64,000 bases of DNA, from positions 190,340,001 to 190,404,000 of the forward strand of contig NC_042998.1 of assembly GCF_006345805.1 (NCBI RefSeq), in the 5' to 3' direction. Origin of the DNA: Octopus sinensis. Lineage: Eukaryota. The position numbers were made by a program, and so were the translations under genes. Positions 1-13,399 of this stretch are shown here, piece by piece (positions within the stretch are counted from its first letter, which is position 1; each line of letters begins with the position of its first letter). Under the pieces are notes generated by a model. That model saw only the letters and a program-made list of their open reading frames with translations. It ran no database searches and was not told where the DNA came from.

Positions 1-1687
1 AGTAACTGCTAAGTCTAAGCATCAGCTACATCAATTTACACCTGTCTGAGAGGGTTCACAAAGGTGATGGGCTCTGTACCTCATCTCCTAAGTAATTTAT
101 AGATAATAAAAAAAATGACAGAGATGACTTCTTTACCAAGTTATTATTCTCTCAAAAGTTATCTCTCAATAGAATTCAACATTTTCTCACCAACATCTAT
201 TTCCACTAACGTAACACACCTGTCTCTGCTGCTACTGCAGCAGTCTTTTTTTTTTTTTTTTTTACTCCAAACCAACAAGCACTCAATGCCTCTGCAACTT
301 CTCCTCTCCTCACCCCAGCTTTGTTACACCCTAAAAACCCTATATCAAATTAAACGCTTTCAAAAATTGCCATCTTCTGGAATTCCAGTTCACACATTTC
401 TCCATACTGAACTGATTTACAAAAAGTTCAAGCAGAACATCAACTAGGTTGATTCCAGCAATCTGAGATAGCTTACAAAAGGAATGGGTACTAACTCTAC
501 TTCATTGATTAAATACAAACAATTAAAAATCTTTACGCTCTCTCTAATTACAGAAGTGTCACTAGAGGTTATAGGTTCTGGCATCACTGCGTTAATCTAA
601 GCAAAAAAATTAATAGAAAATTCAAAAACAGAAAACTACTACCGAATCAGCAAATAGGTTAAGTCTGATGTATTTAACTGAAGATATATATCAAAAGTAA
701 ATGTCACAATTAGCCTTATAGCCAATGTCTTTGATTGATATACATCAAAGAATGTGCAAATTAAGAGCAGATTATAAGTAGAATTGATAAAAGAAGTGTC
801 ATATTTCTATGCGTATTTTATAACATTCAATACGCAAACGTACTTGTACATTAGGTAAAATTATAATTGTGTTCTCTATATGAGAAAGATAAAGCCTTAT
901 CTTTTGAATGTTTGTTTCAATGTGAGCTATATATTATATTAGTTAAAAGAAAAAGAAAATGAATACTTTCAATAAACTTTTCATCAATACTATTATTGAG
1001 TTTATATGAAATCAATGAAACAAGAAATCAATATTTTTGTTATATATGTGTTTAAAATCAATCTTTGAACTTCAGCCAATATTAGATTTGTAAATGAAAG
1101 TTTTCACTTCTTTCTTGTTACTGTCTTCATACCAATAAATCCTTATATGCTGTATCTGTGAGACACATTATAGTGTACTACTGGGAGATTCAAGTCAGGT
1201 TTTATAAGTATCTTAAATAAATACAAGCTACTCATGGAGAAAGATATCAATAATTATATAACATGGAGCTCTATGTTTACCACTATCAGTGAGTAAACTA
1301 TCTCAGTATATTAACATTTGTTTTCCTTTGCTGATATGGCTACAATTCTACTTTCCATTCTTCATGTATCTCACTTCACCTAAAGTTTAACATTTTCACA
1401 TTTGGTTTCACTATTTAGATTAAACATCTTTAAAATTCTATGGTTACTTTGCAACAATCATATATCATCCATTCACATCCTATGTCTATATTTTTTTTAT
1501 ATAACTCAGTTATACTCCCCTTTTCTCAGATGATAGATCACATCTATAATAACATATACTTTTCCCATGCAGCCACTACACAGTCTCTTGATAACTCTTC
1601 TCCCAAGAATGCCTTTAGGGTAATTTATCAAAGAGATTTATTAGAGTATCATCATACCCATTTTTTGACTCCCTATTTCTTACTACA

Positions 1688-1915
1688 TTGATGCCGTCGC
1701 CAGAACCGCCTGACTGGCCCTCATGCCGGTGGCACATAAAAGCACCCACTACACTCTCGGAGTGGTTGACGTTAGGAAGGGCATTTAGCTGTAGAAACTC
1801 TGCCAGATCAGAGTGGAGTCTGGTGCAGCCATCTGGCTTGCCAGACCTCAGTCAAGCCGTCCAGCCCATGCCAGCATGGAAAGCAGATGTGAAACGATGA
1901 TAATGATGATGATTG
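1688..1915 (+). mobile_element. RTE 3' UTR-derived repeat (one of many copies)
   Basis: Same family as the 4573-5400 tail. Further copies (approximate): 10476-10610(+), 10629-10920(-), 17195-17430(+), 18680-18970(+), 20910-21285(+), 23705-23890(-), 24620-24830(+), 29207-29760(-), 46550-46890(-), 47770-48000(+), 50870-51570(-), 51805-52490(-), 55030-55262(+), 59300-59900(+). Confidence 0.85.
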
Positions 1916-3249
1916 ATATATTGAAATCCAATGTTACAAATCTGAATTAGCCATGCTTAACTGATACAATTAACTGTCCTGTAAAAAAAAAACATAGTAT
2001 ATACATGGATGGGTTATTTAATTTACAACTACATACACATATCAAAAAAATACAAACTCTTATAGAAAAATCTAAGTTTTAGACTAACAAGGAATAAAAG
2101 GGAAAATGGTTGAACAACTTCTGTAAACAGCTTTACCAGTTTGATTACCCAGCCTTTTCTGCTTATTATCATCCCTGAATTCAGTGTTATATTAATGAGA
2201 ATAGGCTTTACATGAAAGTTACCAGGAAGTTGATATATTTTGATTGATACTTGTAGGACTAGTGTTGAGTTAACAACTGCAAAGCTGTCCGTTAGTCTCA
2301 AACTTTCTTGCCATTTTTTCTTTGGGGGGGTAATTTTTTTAACCCTTGCTGTATAGCTTTCTTTCATTCCAAAGGGTTTTGATATAATTAATTACTACTG
2401 TAAAGAATGTAATATATGCTCTGCTAAGATCAATGAAATAGCTAAACATGTTTTACTGAATATTTCTTGTAATGATAATTTCAAATTTTCCTTTTTAAAA
2501 CTTCAACAATTTTTTTTTAATAATAATCCTTTGGAGTGGTTGTCAAGTGAAAGTGGAATAGGATTAGGGTAAAAGGACCTACTTACTGAAGACAACAATG
2601 ACACTTCTCTTCTAATGAGGTTTACAGAATTGGACCTTATTCAAAGGCATAATATAATACCTACTTAGAGTAAGTATATTTATAGAAAAAACCTATTTAT
2701 AAATGCAGATATTCATAAACATTTGTGTTATATTGTTTAGCCATACATTCAACACTGATTTTCAAACTTATGACCAAAAGCATAAAGATCCCATTTTTAT
2801 CAAAGTATGTACACTGCATTAACTGAAGTGTCCAGATTTAAGAAAATAAGTTTGCTTTTGAGAGAGATTTAAGTGCTATCTCTAGTAAGTTGAATGACTA
2901 TGTAGTTTCTTTCACTGACACAATAAAAAATTTATGCTTCTTCCATCAATATCTTTCGCATTATACTCTGATGTCTGTACTGATGTCATTAACAGCAAGC
3001 AACCAAGTAGTTTTATCAAGTACAGTTTAATATTTTAAATGTTACAACTTTCATCAGAAGAAGATCTGAATGTAAGAAGAAAAAATATTTTGAAGGCAGC
3101 TATAAAAATACACAAAACTTTTAGTTGGCCATAACAAGGCCCAAATGGTGGGGCAGTTCACTGAGCCAACTATAAAGCATGTGACTGCAACTGAGCTATT
3201 CTCTCACAAATGATGAACTTCTCTACCAATGCTTTTCACCCAACACTGG

Positions 3250-4080
3250 AATTCATTTCCACAAGATCCAACACTTCTGTTAGCTCTCTAAATATTTATT
3301 TCTATCAACAACATCCACCTGTCCATCTCTACATACAATAAGACCACTGGTTTCCAAATTGTATATCAATTATTCTTCCTCTCACCACATACAACAAATC
3401 TATCTTTTAATTTCTCTGTCTCCACTGAATGTGCAACAGCAACTCTGACTTTCACTAAATCCAAGGAGATGTACCTCTTCCATGATCTCAAGGGTTCTGT
3501 TCTGAATGCCTTTCTTAGAACCCCAGCCACCTTATTTTGCACCTAACTACCCTTCTACCATAACATCTACTTTCTATATTCTGACCCTGTAAACTCTTCA
3601 ATATTTTCTACACCACCTCATCTCTCCTTCAAAAGAGACTGAAATTTCTAAAGCTGCTTTAGAAGTTTGCAGCCACATTCAGTTTGGTATTTCAAATGTT
3701 CTTGTCCTAAATGCCATACTTGCCCCTTTGTCTCAAACACCACAACCATAACTGACGCAAAATACCAGAACATCATCACTCAACACTTTAGTTGTACTTC
3801 TACAAACATCAGCTACTGCATTACACACTAACTTTGCAATGTATTATAGGATAGGAAAATTATCATACTGATACATGACTGTTTTTGAAAACAACTTCAT
3901 GACATTTTCCATTGGATTCTGGGCAGACCCATGGTTCATATTTCAACTTCTCTGGGTACTCTACTCATCATATCTCAATGTCTGAAGTTCATGAATACCA
4001 CAGTACCCAGCATTCTCACAAAAACAAAAGGGAGTAACTGATCTTCACGCTTGTCACATCCTCTACCACAAGCTTTAAGA
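3250..4080 (+). mobile_element. Decayed Penelope-like element (RT tail plus GIY-YIG linker)
   Basis: CPKCHTCPFV (~3703-3732) and HFSCTSTNISYCI (~3784-3822), followed by a broken C..YIG..T..L..EH-like stretch, match the Penelope CCHH linker/GIY-YIG layout. Confidence 0.55.
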
Positions 4081-4572
4081 TTTTTTTCAAAATATGTTTA
4101 ATAATTAAAAAAAAAGTCCTAGTCAAAAGGAATTTTATAATAAATTTGTGCCTTTTAGTATTGAGTCTCCCCACCTGTAAACGTTTATTCATAAAGTTTC
4201 TTTAACATAATAAAATAAAATTAACACAAAATATACATATACACATATATATCACCACCACCCCCATTTAACATCTAATTTTTCATGCTGACATGGACAG
4301 AATGGTTCAACAGGATTCAATTAGCCAGAGGACATATTTTGACACTGATTTCATTTTTGGCATGGTTTCTATGGCTGCACACACTTTCTGACACAAACCA
4401 CTTTATAGTGTGAAATGAGTGCTTTTAGTAGAACTTGCAACTAGAAAAACAAGAGTTGCTATGATGGCAGGGTACATACATTACATACATACAGGTTTGG
4501 TGATACAAACAGGAAAATAGAGCACAAAACACATGAAACACTTGGCCCCCTGGGTCACTGTAACTTCTACAA

Positions 4573-5400
4573 TTAATAATAAATATGGGCACAAGAGGAA
4601 TCAGATGTGGTGTGCAAGAGAGACGGCCACACTGGTATGGTCATGTGATGTATATGGATGAGGACAGTTGTATAAAGAAGTCCCGATCTCTGTGGAGGGA
4701 ACCTGTGGTAGAGGTAGACGCAGGAAGACATTTGGACAAGGTGTTGAAGCATGATCTCCAAACATTGGGCCTCACAAAGGCAATGACAAGTGACTGAGAC
4801 CTTTGGCAATATGCCATGCTTGAGAAGACCCGTCAAGCCAAGTGAAATCATGGTCGTGGCCAATGCTGGAGTCATGTCAGTGGCACACGTTCTAGTGCCA
4901 CATAAAAGCACCTTTTGAGTGCTGGGCCTCATGGAGGCAATGTGGCCAATGCTGGTGTCACATAATTAGCACCCATGCCAGTGGCACATAAAAAGCACCT
5001 CATGGAGGCAATGTGGCCAATACTGGTATCGAGTAATTAGTATCTGTGCTGGTAGCATGTGAAAAGCACTTTTCGAATATTGGGCCTCAGGGAGGCAATG
5101 ACAAATGACCGACACCTTCGGCAATATGTTGTGCTTGAAAAGAAGACCCATCAAACCAAATGAAATCGTAGTTGTGGAAGATACTGGTGCCATGCAACTG
5201 GCACCTGTGCCAGTGGAGCGTAAAAGCACCCATTACACTCTTGGAGTTGTTGGCATTAGGGAGGGCATCTAGCCATAGAAACTATGCCAAATCAGACTGG
5301 AGCCTGGTGCATCCACTCAGCTTGCCAGCCCTGGTCAAAGCATCCAGCCCATGCCAGCATGGACAACAGATGTTAAATGATGATGATGACAATGATGTAT
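4573..5400 (+). mobile_element. RTE-clade LINE 3' end (ORF2 C-terminus plus long repetitive 3' UTR, GAT tail)
   Basis: ERRPHWYGHVMYMDEDSCIKK..RGR.RKTW..V.KHDL..LGLT.AMT.DRDLW is a typical RTE C-terminus. The 3' UTR has repeated GTGCC.GTGGCAC.TAAAAGCACC units and ends GTTAAATGATGATGAT. Confidence 0.8.
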
Positions 5401-5705
5401 GTGTTTGTGTGTGTATCCAACCACTGAACCCCTATCTGGACACCCATAAAATTATTTTCATTTTACCCCCACATGTATACAATCTGACCTTTGTCATTTG
5501 TGTACTTTGACCTCTACCTTTATATCAATGTTCTTCTCTATATCCACAGACTGAACTTTGTCATCTGTATCCACTGGCCTCTACTTACTCATGAAATTGT
5601 AATCACTTCACACACACAAACTTGGTCCTAACAATACAAAAAGCTAAGTTAATTTAATTTTTTCTTACATTTCCTCACCATTATCTTTGAACTTTGTATG
5701 GTAAT

Positions 5706-6065
5706 GTTAGTTAGTTAGTTAGTTAATTTGGCTCAAAAGCAAATAGCAAGGCCATGTAGGGGAACATGGAGTTAAGTACAGGGTGGTGTTCATGTAAAGA
5801 GTTCAGGCCACTTGAGGTCAAGGGAGACTTTGAACAAAGCGGTCGTCAGCATCTTCACCATCTCGTCTGGCAGCTTGTTCCACGGATCCGCAACCCGGAC
5901 AGAGAAAGCTCCTCTCCTTTGATTGAGATGAAATCGTCGCAGGTAGAGCTTTTCGGAATGACCCCACAGCCGACACTCTGGAGCAGGAGTGAAGAACAGC
6001 TCTTTCGAGAGGTTACACTTTCCGCTTATGATGTTGTGAGTGAGAATGAGATCACTAAATACCAC
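5706..6065 (-). mobile_element. CR1 LINE 3' end
   Basis: DLILTHNIISG..GHSEKLYLRRFHLNQRRGAFSVRVADPWNKLP; (TAAC)n tail at 5706-5725. Confidence 0.8.
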
Positions 6066-7149
6066 TAAATATTTCTCAGTGTTTACTAAGCACCTCAGCT
6101 AAGACTATATTTCCTCTCAGCGAAAAGCCAGTCCTAAAACAGCAGATTCCACATCTCCTCATGACATAGAAACTTATCTAAACTCAAAATATTTCAATAA
6201 ATTTTGCTCACACAGATCACTACCAGTTTCTTCAGATTCCATTACAAAAACAAAAAAGCAATTCAAACAAAAATTTCATTGATTAGGTAAATTACAAAGC
6301 AACAGCAAATATTAAAAATTCTATTTTATAATAGTTGCAAATAAAGTTTATTATTTCTTGAGATAATTGCAGAAAATATTTCTCTAAAAATGAAAAAAAA
6401 AAAAAGCAAAAAGAACTATTTACCAATGTTAAAAATAATTGGTAAGTGTACTTAAGGATTCAAATACATTTCTTAATTTGATAATTTATTTTTATTTCTA
6501 ATGGAAAACTTTGTTATTAGTGCAATTAGGGATGTAATTACTTTGCATTATTTTTAATTTTCTAATATTCTAGTACTAAATTAATATAAATGATGAGAAG
6601 AACAATCATATAACGATATTATTTCCTGGTTACTTTCAGGACATTGCTGCTGTAAAAATAAGACCATATTATCATCATCTCATCATCATGATAATTAGTA
6701 TTATCATCATCATCATTTTAACGTCCACTTTTCCTTGCTAGCATGGGCCACACAGAGTTTATCAAGGTAGATTTTCTATAGCTGAAAACCCTTCCTGTCA
6801 CCAGCCCTTACCCATTTCCAAGCAAGGTAACATTTTTCCCTTGGCTGGACATGTTTTCACAATGTTATAAATAACACTGCTTGTATGACAATGGCACTCA
6901 TTTACAACTATTCCACAATGTTAGACAAAATGATACAAATACACTACCACACTCTCTTTCACTTTCTTCCTCACACTCACACAAACACACAAATGACAGG
7001 CTTCTTTCAGTTTCAATCTACGAAATCCACTCATAAGGTTTTAATCAGTCTGGAGCAAAAAAAAAAGACACTTTGCCCAATGTACCGTGCAGTAGGGACT
7101 GAACCCAAAACCAAGCGGTTGTACTTGTACTTGTGGCAACATTCACCCT

Positions 7150-7460
7150 GGGCAGGTTGAGTCAGCTTCTTCTACCACCCTCGAGGCATCTCAAACCATG
7201 GCAGTGGAAGAAGTTTCGTGGGAATATGAATTTCACAAGCAGTCCCCAACAATCCCGCATGTAGAGACATCCTGTTTGCCGCAGATTGTCCGCAGACGCA
7301 GGGACAGAATGACCGAGGAGCAGCCGGTTGCCGAAACAGACGCTCCGAGGATTTTAACCAGAGCCCCATCTGCCAGGTTGTGGCCCTAATACCACAAGGT
7401 GTCAGACCAATCCGCCTTGGGTGGCCCTACCAGGAATCGAAGTTCTCGACAGCATAACTC
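7150..7460 (-). mobile_element. GC-rich fragment, probably retroelement-derived
   Basis: Abrupt GC/CpG-rich insert with Cys-rich broken frames (FCPCVCGQ...). The family is not assignable by eye. Confidence 0.3.
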
Positions 7461-7984
7461 TGAAATCAAGTGGTTGGGAAGCAAACTTCTCGACCAGAAA
7501 ACCATGCCTGCATCTATCGAATTGTTTAGTATATTTATGGACTATCTTTTTAAAAAAAAATGTTTATAAGAACCCACCTAGTATTTTATCAAGCTCTAAC
7601 AATTTAGATGACATCTAGCATCTTCAAGCAGATGTTCAAATCTCTTGGTTGAGCTAGTTAAATGAGTTTCCAAAATAAAGATGGACAAACAACGAAGAAA
7701 AGGAAAAAAACACTGGTTTTATTGACAAGCAGGTTTCAAGCTGAGATATTTCATTGATCTGATGGAAACTGGTATGGCCAGCGACAGTTGGTCATTGATA
7801 GAATATAATTAGGAACTTAGAATATTGACAGTTACTTGCAAGATGATGAAACTGGTGTAACACACTTTTCCTATTCAGTGTTCGATATCAGTATGTGTTA
7901 GACAAGTCAGTTAAACAACATCCGACACTTTTCCTAATGAATGCAATATAATCAGGAAATATGCTATAGGTGTACTTATTTGCA

Positions 7985-8335
7985 CAGCTTATGAATGTAA
8001 GAGTGTGTATGTGTAGGTGTGTGTCTGTTTGTATGACAGTGTGTGTGTCAGTGTATCTGTGCATGTAGTAGCATGCATTTGTATGAGTATGGATGTGTTT
8101 CAGTGTTAGTATATTGATGTGTATTTGTGTGTTGGTATGTGTCAGAGTGTGTGTGTGTCTGTGTGTGTGTGTGTGTGTGTGTCTGTGTGTGTTGGTATGT
8201 GTCAATGTGTGATTGTGTGTGTGTGTACATCAGAATGTGTCAAGTGGGTGTGGCAGTGAATGTTTTTGTGTCAAGCTGTGTGTGTGCATGCACGCGTGTA
8301 TGTGTGTGCAAGCGTGCACGTGTGTGTGTGTGTGT
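7985..8335 (+). repeat. Degenerate (TG)n-rich tract
   Basis: Imperfect GT dinucleotide run producing the HT/CV-rich spurious ORFs. Confidence 0.85.
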
Positions 8336-10082
8336 TTTGTCTGTCAATGATGTTTCATGGCTTGATAGTTAGTTCGTTGTAATATTAATAGCTCCTTCGG
8401 TTGAACTTGTAACATGTTCTGACAGTGGAGGCTGTCAACTTGTAAGACGAAGCACAGATTCAAAAAAGAAATGAGGTATCAGTGCTTGGAATACAAGACC
8501 TTTCTGTTTTTTCATCTGTTAAACCCCTCAACAGAACCATAGTGCAGTTATCAGCCACTTGAGGCAGCACAAGTTAATGCATTTCTCAATTTCATTCTTG
8601 AACTACCCCACTAGAATGGGTTGTCCAAATACACTATTATACTTTGTATGTTGTACAGAGAAGTGGATACTGACATTCTGGGATTGACCCTTTGTCCTAA
8701 AAGAGAAAAACAATTTTCTTTCTCAGGAGAAAGGTCAGTCCCAAAATGTCAGAATTCACTTCCTCTACACAGCATAACCAACTTATCGACACTCATGAAC
8801 TTCAATATATAATTTTAGCCAGCACAGACTTTCACTAGTTTCCTCAAAGTCTGGTTTTTATAGCTGAATGTGTACATTATTGCTCATTTGTAAAACCAGC
8901 TAAGATATTGATTTTAGCCATTGTGACTTTCATTTATTTTTATGTGAAATTACCATAATGTTTGAGAAGCTAAAAGGGGATGTCCTAATTGTTCTTAAAT
9001 CTAATAACATTTCAGCAACAAAGATAAATTTTATGAAGACATATAGTCACCAAAAGATTAGATTTGAATGAATATATATATCCAAAAGTGACGAAGGAGA
9101 AGAAAAAAAATTTGTCTTATTTTTGGCATTATTGCTATATCATCATCATCATCATTTAACGTCCACTCTCCATCCTGGCATGTGTTAGAAGGCTTGACAG
9201 GAGACGATGAGCCAGAGAGCCGCACCAGGTTCCAGTCTGATTTGTTAGAAAATAACGTATCTTTGAGAATTTTCTCATCTACATCCCCTCTTCAAAACCT
9301 TTTTGAACCAGTAACCCTTTCCATTTCCAAACCAAATATCTTGTTACAGATAGTGGTAGATGCATGGTAATGGGATTAAGGCGGTGAGCTGGCAGAAGGC
9401 GGTGAGCTGGCAGAAACGTTAGCACGCCGGGAGAAATGCGTAGCCGTATTTCGTCTGCCGTTACGTTCTGAGTTCAAATTCCCCCGAGGTCGACTTTGCC
9501 TTTCATCCTTTCAGGGTCAATAAATTAAGTACCAGTTACGCACTGGGGTCGATGAAATTGACTTAATCCGTTTGTCTGTCCCTGTTTGTCCTCTCTGTGT
9601 TTAGCCCCTCGTGGGTAGTAAAGAAATAGGTAAAAATGAGATTAAGAAAGCAATTAGTTGCAGAGTCTATTCCAACATGAAGCACCAAGGGTAGATACCT
9701 TCTATCACATATTCACCAATGCTTTTGATGGAAACTGTATGGAAGCCTTTCAGGAATGTGTGTGTGTAAGTGTGTGCATGTATGTATGCATGCATGCAAG
9801 AAAACAAAGTGATGTGTCAAAAAAAATTACTTTGTGGTATGTATACTATGTAAGTTGCATTGACACTTCATTGATGACATGAGATGCACTCAGAAATGCA
9901 ATGAACCAGTGATGAACCCATTTGGAAACCCACAACTAATGATGGTATTATTCACAAACTACATGATATAAATAAAGAAGATATCTATACATGATCCTAC
10001 TATATGTATACAGTTTGAGCTTAATCATGCTACATTCTATGAAATCAGTGGTTGCATATTCACAAAAGACTAAATTATTAAA

Positions 10083-10116
<34 letters not shown>

Positions 10117-11523
10117 TTCACATACTGATCAAGAAAAATCTATGCAGATCAATACCATTAGCTACAATCTTCTTTGTATTATCCTTCATCTTTCATAGTA
10201 ACCAGATTGAAAGCATCTGCTATTCCCAATACAGAATCTATATTTCCTGAAATAACATTGTAAATATTGCTGCTTCAGAAAATGTATTTACTTATTATTT
10301 CTCATTACAGAACTATAAACATAACTCTATTCTTTGACAATTTAGAGAGAATTAGAAACCTGAACACAGAAGGCAGCTCCAGAGTGGCATGGAAATAATG
10401 CAACTAAAGTTATAATACCATGTTAGTATAGCAACAATATCTAATTATACATATACACATATATATATATATATATTAGGAAGGGCATCCAGCTGTAGAA
10501 ACACTGCCAGATCTGACTGGACTGGTGCAGCTTTCGGGCTCCCCAGACCCCAGTTTGAACCGTCCAACCCATGCTAGCATGGAAAGCGGACGTTAAATGA
10601 TGATGATGATGATATATATATATATATAATCATCATTTAACGTCCGTTTTCCATGCTAGCATGGGTTGGACGGTTCGACCGGGGTCTGGGAAGCCAGGAG
10701 GCTGCACCAGGCTCCAGTCTGATCTGGCAGTGTTTCTACAGCTGGATGCCCTTCCTAACGCCAACCACTCCGTGAGTGTAGTGGGTGCTTTATACGTGCT
10801 ACCGGCACAGGTGCCAGGAGGGGCTGGCAACGGCCACGATCGGTTAGTGGGTTTTTACATGCCACCAACATGGAATCAGTCAAGGCGGCGCTGGCATCGG
10901 CCACGTATGGATGGTGCTAGAGAGAGGGGGGGTACAAGCACAAATATATATATATATATACATATATATATACTCATGCATGCATATATACATACACAGA
11001 CATATATATATATATATATAATACTACAAAATTAGAGAATGGAGAAACATACTTAAATCAATAAAACATCAACTATCAGATGATACCCAATCAATACTTT
11101 AATACACCATTACATATCAGTAAAGGCATTATACAAAATATACAGTAAGAGTAAATAGACAAAGAGATATAAGTAAATATATATATATATAATAGACCTG
11201 TATGTGTGTGTATTCACTTTTCAAGTGAAAACGGCTGCACGAATTGCTGCAATACTTGGGATGCATGAATAATTTGACCTTCAATTTATTATTTTTTATT
11301 AAAAATAAGTAATATTGCTTTGTATATATGATTCACTTCTTTAAAAAGGTTTCTCAATGTCAACTTCCGGTATTGGTGTAACAATGGTGAAGTTTTCCCT
11401 CTTCATTTGCGAAATCTCTCACTCTCTATCTTAATGTTTTCATTTCAAGTTTTAATTCGCTATTTGCAAACAACTACAATAAATTACTGAAAGAAATATT
11501 TACTAAGTTTATATTTACTAAGT

Positions 11524-11570
<47 letters not shown>

Positions 11571-11601
11571 CAAAAAAGATGTATTCTTATTTATTTATGT
11601 A

Positions 11602-11982
11602 CTAGCAGTATCGCCCGGCGTTGCTCGGGTTGTAAGGGAAATAACTATATAAGCATTTTTAGAGAGTTATAGCCAAAAAATCATTAAAAATTGAAAAAAA
11701 ATTAAGGTAAATATTTTTTAAATCGTTGACACATCGTAGATATTTTTAGAGAGTTACTTCCCTTATATAAAAGCGAAAAAAATGCATTAAAATGGAAAAA
11801 TATGATGGTAAATTTTTTTTAAATCGTAGACTCATCGTAGACGCACGCTAATACCCAGAAGGGCTCGATATGAATCACGACTATAAGATACCCGCTTTTG
11901 TTAAACTGCACCGCAAAATGTGGGAGTAGTTAGGAATCTAAATCGTAGGAGACAGACACACAACTTCACTCTTATATAAAGA
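11602..11982 (-). mobile_element. Non-autonomous Helitron, complete (381 bp)
   Basis: On the minus strand, host A(11983)|TCTTTATATAAG... ...CCCGAGCAACGCCGGG-CGATACTG-CTAG(11602)|T host. It has 5' TC, a subterminal hairpin, 3' CTAG, an A|T insertion site and no TSD. Confidence 0.85.
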
Positions 11983-11989
11983 TGCTTTT

Positions 11990-12340
11990 TTTTTTTCAGT
12001 CATAGAGTTAGATTTATGAAAGTCTTCAGTAGAAAATCCTTCGAATTCTGACTCGCTGCTTGATATAATGAAATTCGTATCCATTTTTGTCAGAATTAAA
12101 ATTTTGAAAACACAATAGGAACAAATTTCGGAAAAAAAATCTCCCATAATTCACGGAATTAAAATTACACTTCGATTTTTGTACAAAACTGTAGTTGAAG
12201 TGTTTACGAAGTATAATACGTGTTTTCACGAATGTACTAAAGAGATTTGCTCTGATATTCTCATTTAAATATGAATAGGTAAATTCGGCGGCTTGGTAAC
12301 TATATATAAGTGTCGTCTGTTTATACATAAACACTGTTTC
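11990..12340 (-). mobile_element. Possible 5' fragment of a DNA transposon
   Basis: Minus frame MDTNFIISSSESEFEGFSTED resembles the acidic SESEFEGF N-termini common in piggyBac/pogo-type transposases. It is cut off at the Helitron boundary 11983. Confidence 0.3.
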
Positions 12341-12639
12341 ATACTGCAATTATATATACATATATCTATATATAATATTATATAATAAAATATATACAGA
12401 GTAAAATAAAAACCAATTACCTTTTCTGTCCTCCGTGTGTCTTTGCAAATGTGTTGGAATGATAAGTGAGTTGTGTTTTGCGCCTTTTTTTTTTTTGCGT
12501 GTTTGTATGTAGTTGTATGTGTATGTAGTTGTATGTAGTTGTATATGTATGTGTATGCGTGTGTGTGAGGAATGACACACACACACTCACGCACGCACAC
12601 ATGTACATCAATGCTTTCGGAGTGATATGTTAAAATATT

Positions 12640-13132
12640 AGTTTTTCTCGAATTTTGTCTTAATTGGGGGTGAAATTGAAAGAAATATATTATGGCATGA
12701 GCGAATGGAGTACTTTGAAAAATCTTAGGTAAATTCTAATTGAAGAAGTTGTGTGAGGATTAAATGGTTATGTATTTATTTGTTTCTGTTTGCTGTGTTT
12801 TTTTATTTTGAGTAGTGGTTTAAACACTTCAGTTTAGTCTTGCTCAAATCACTCTGTCGCTATTTACTTTCATTTTATTCGTTGCCCACTGTGTGTGTGC
12901 GTTTGCGTGTGGTGTAAACCAGACTAAGAAAATCATTTGACACACACCAGAATGTGAGTTTTCTGTAAATTTTGCTTAATTGGAGTTTAAATTTTAAAAA
13001 CTGGACCTGGCATGACGCAATGCATTGTACTCTTAAAAATGCTAGGTAAATTGTAATTGAAGAAATCATATATTGTAGATTTGTATAACTCCCAAAGGGA
13101 GGCAGATAAAATCTGCCTTTTATAATAAGAGA
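12640..13132 (-). mobile_element. Helitron-like 5' terminus/fragment
   Basis: Minus strand A|TCTCTTATTATAAAAGGCAGATTTTATCTGCC resembles the 5' end at 11982 and has a perfect hairpin GGCAGAT-AAA-ATCTGCC. No dedicated CTAG end was found. The left boundary is approximate. Confidence 0.5.
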
Positions 13133-13399
13133 TGTATGTATACACGACAACACACCCCTTCACTCATGCTCTCTCTCTCTCTCTCTCTCACACATCCATT
13201 TCATCTAATGCTTGATACTGCATGTGTGTGTGTATGTGTGTGTGTGTGTGTGCATGCGTGTGGCATTCCACAATCACCATGTATTTCAATCACTCTTGTG
13301 AAGATATTAACGTAACTCATTTTTTCATTTAATCTCCATTTTAATTTTCAAAAATGTTTCCTGGAACAATGTTCTCACTCTCTACAAGAGGAGATGGGG

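Noticed and set aside
2930-2970. KDIDG peptide resembling a later dynamin exon
   Set aside because: Flanking residues do not match VVNRSQ..KKDI and there are no splice sites; chance match.
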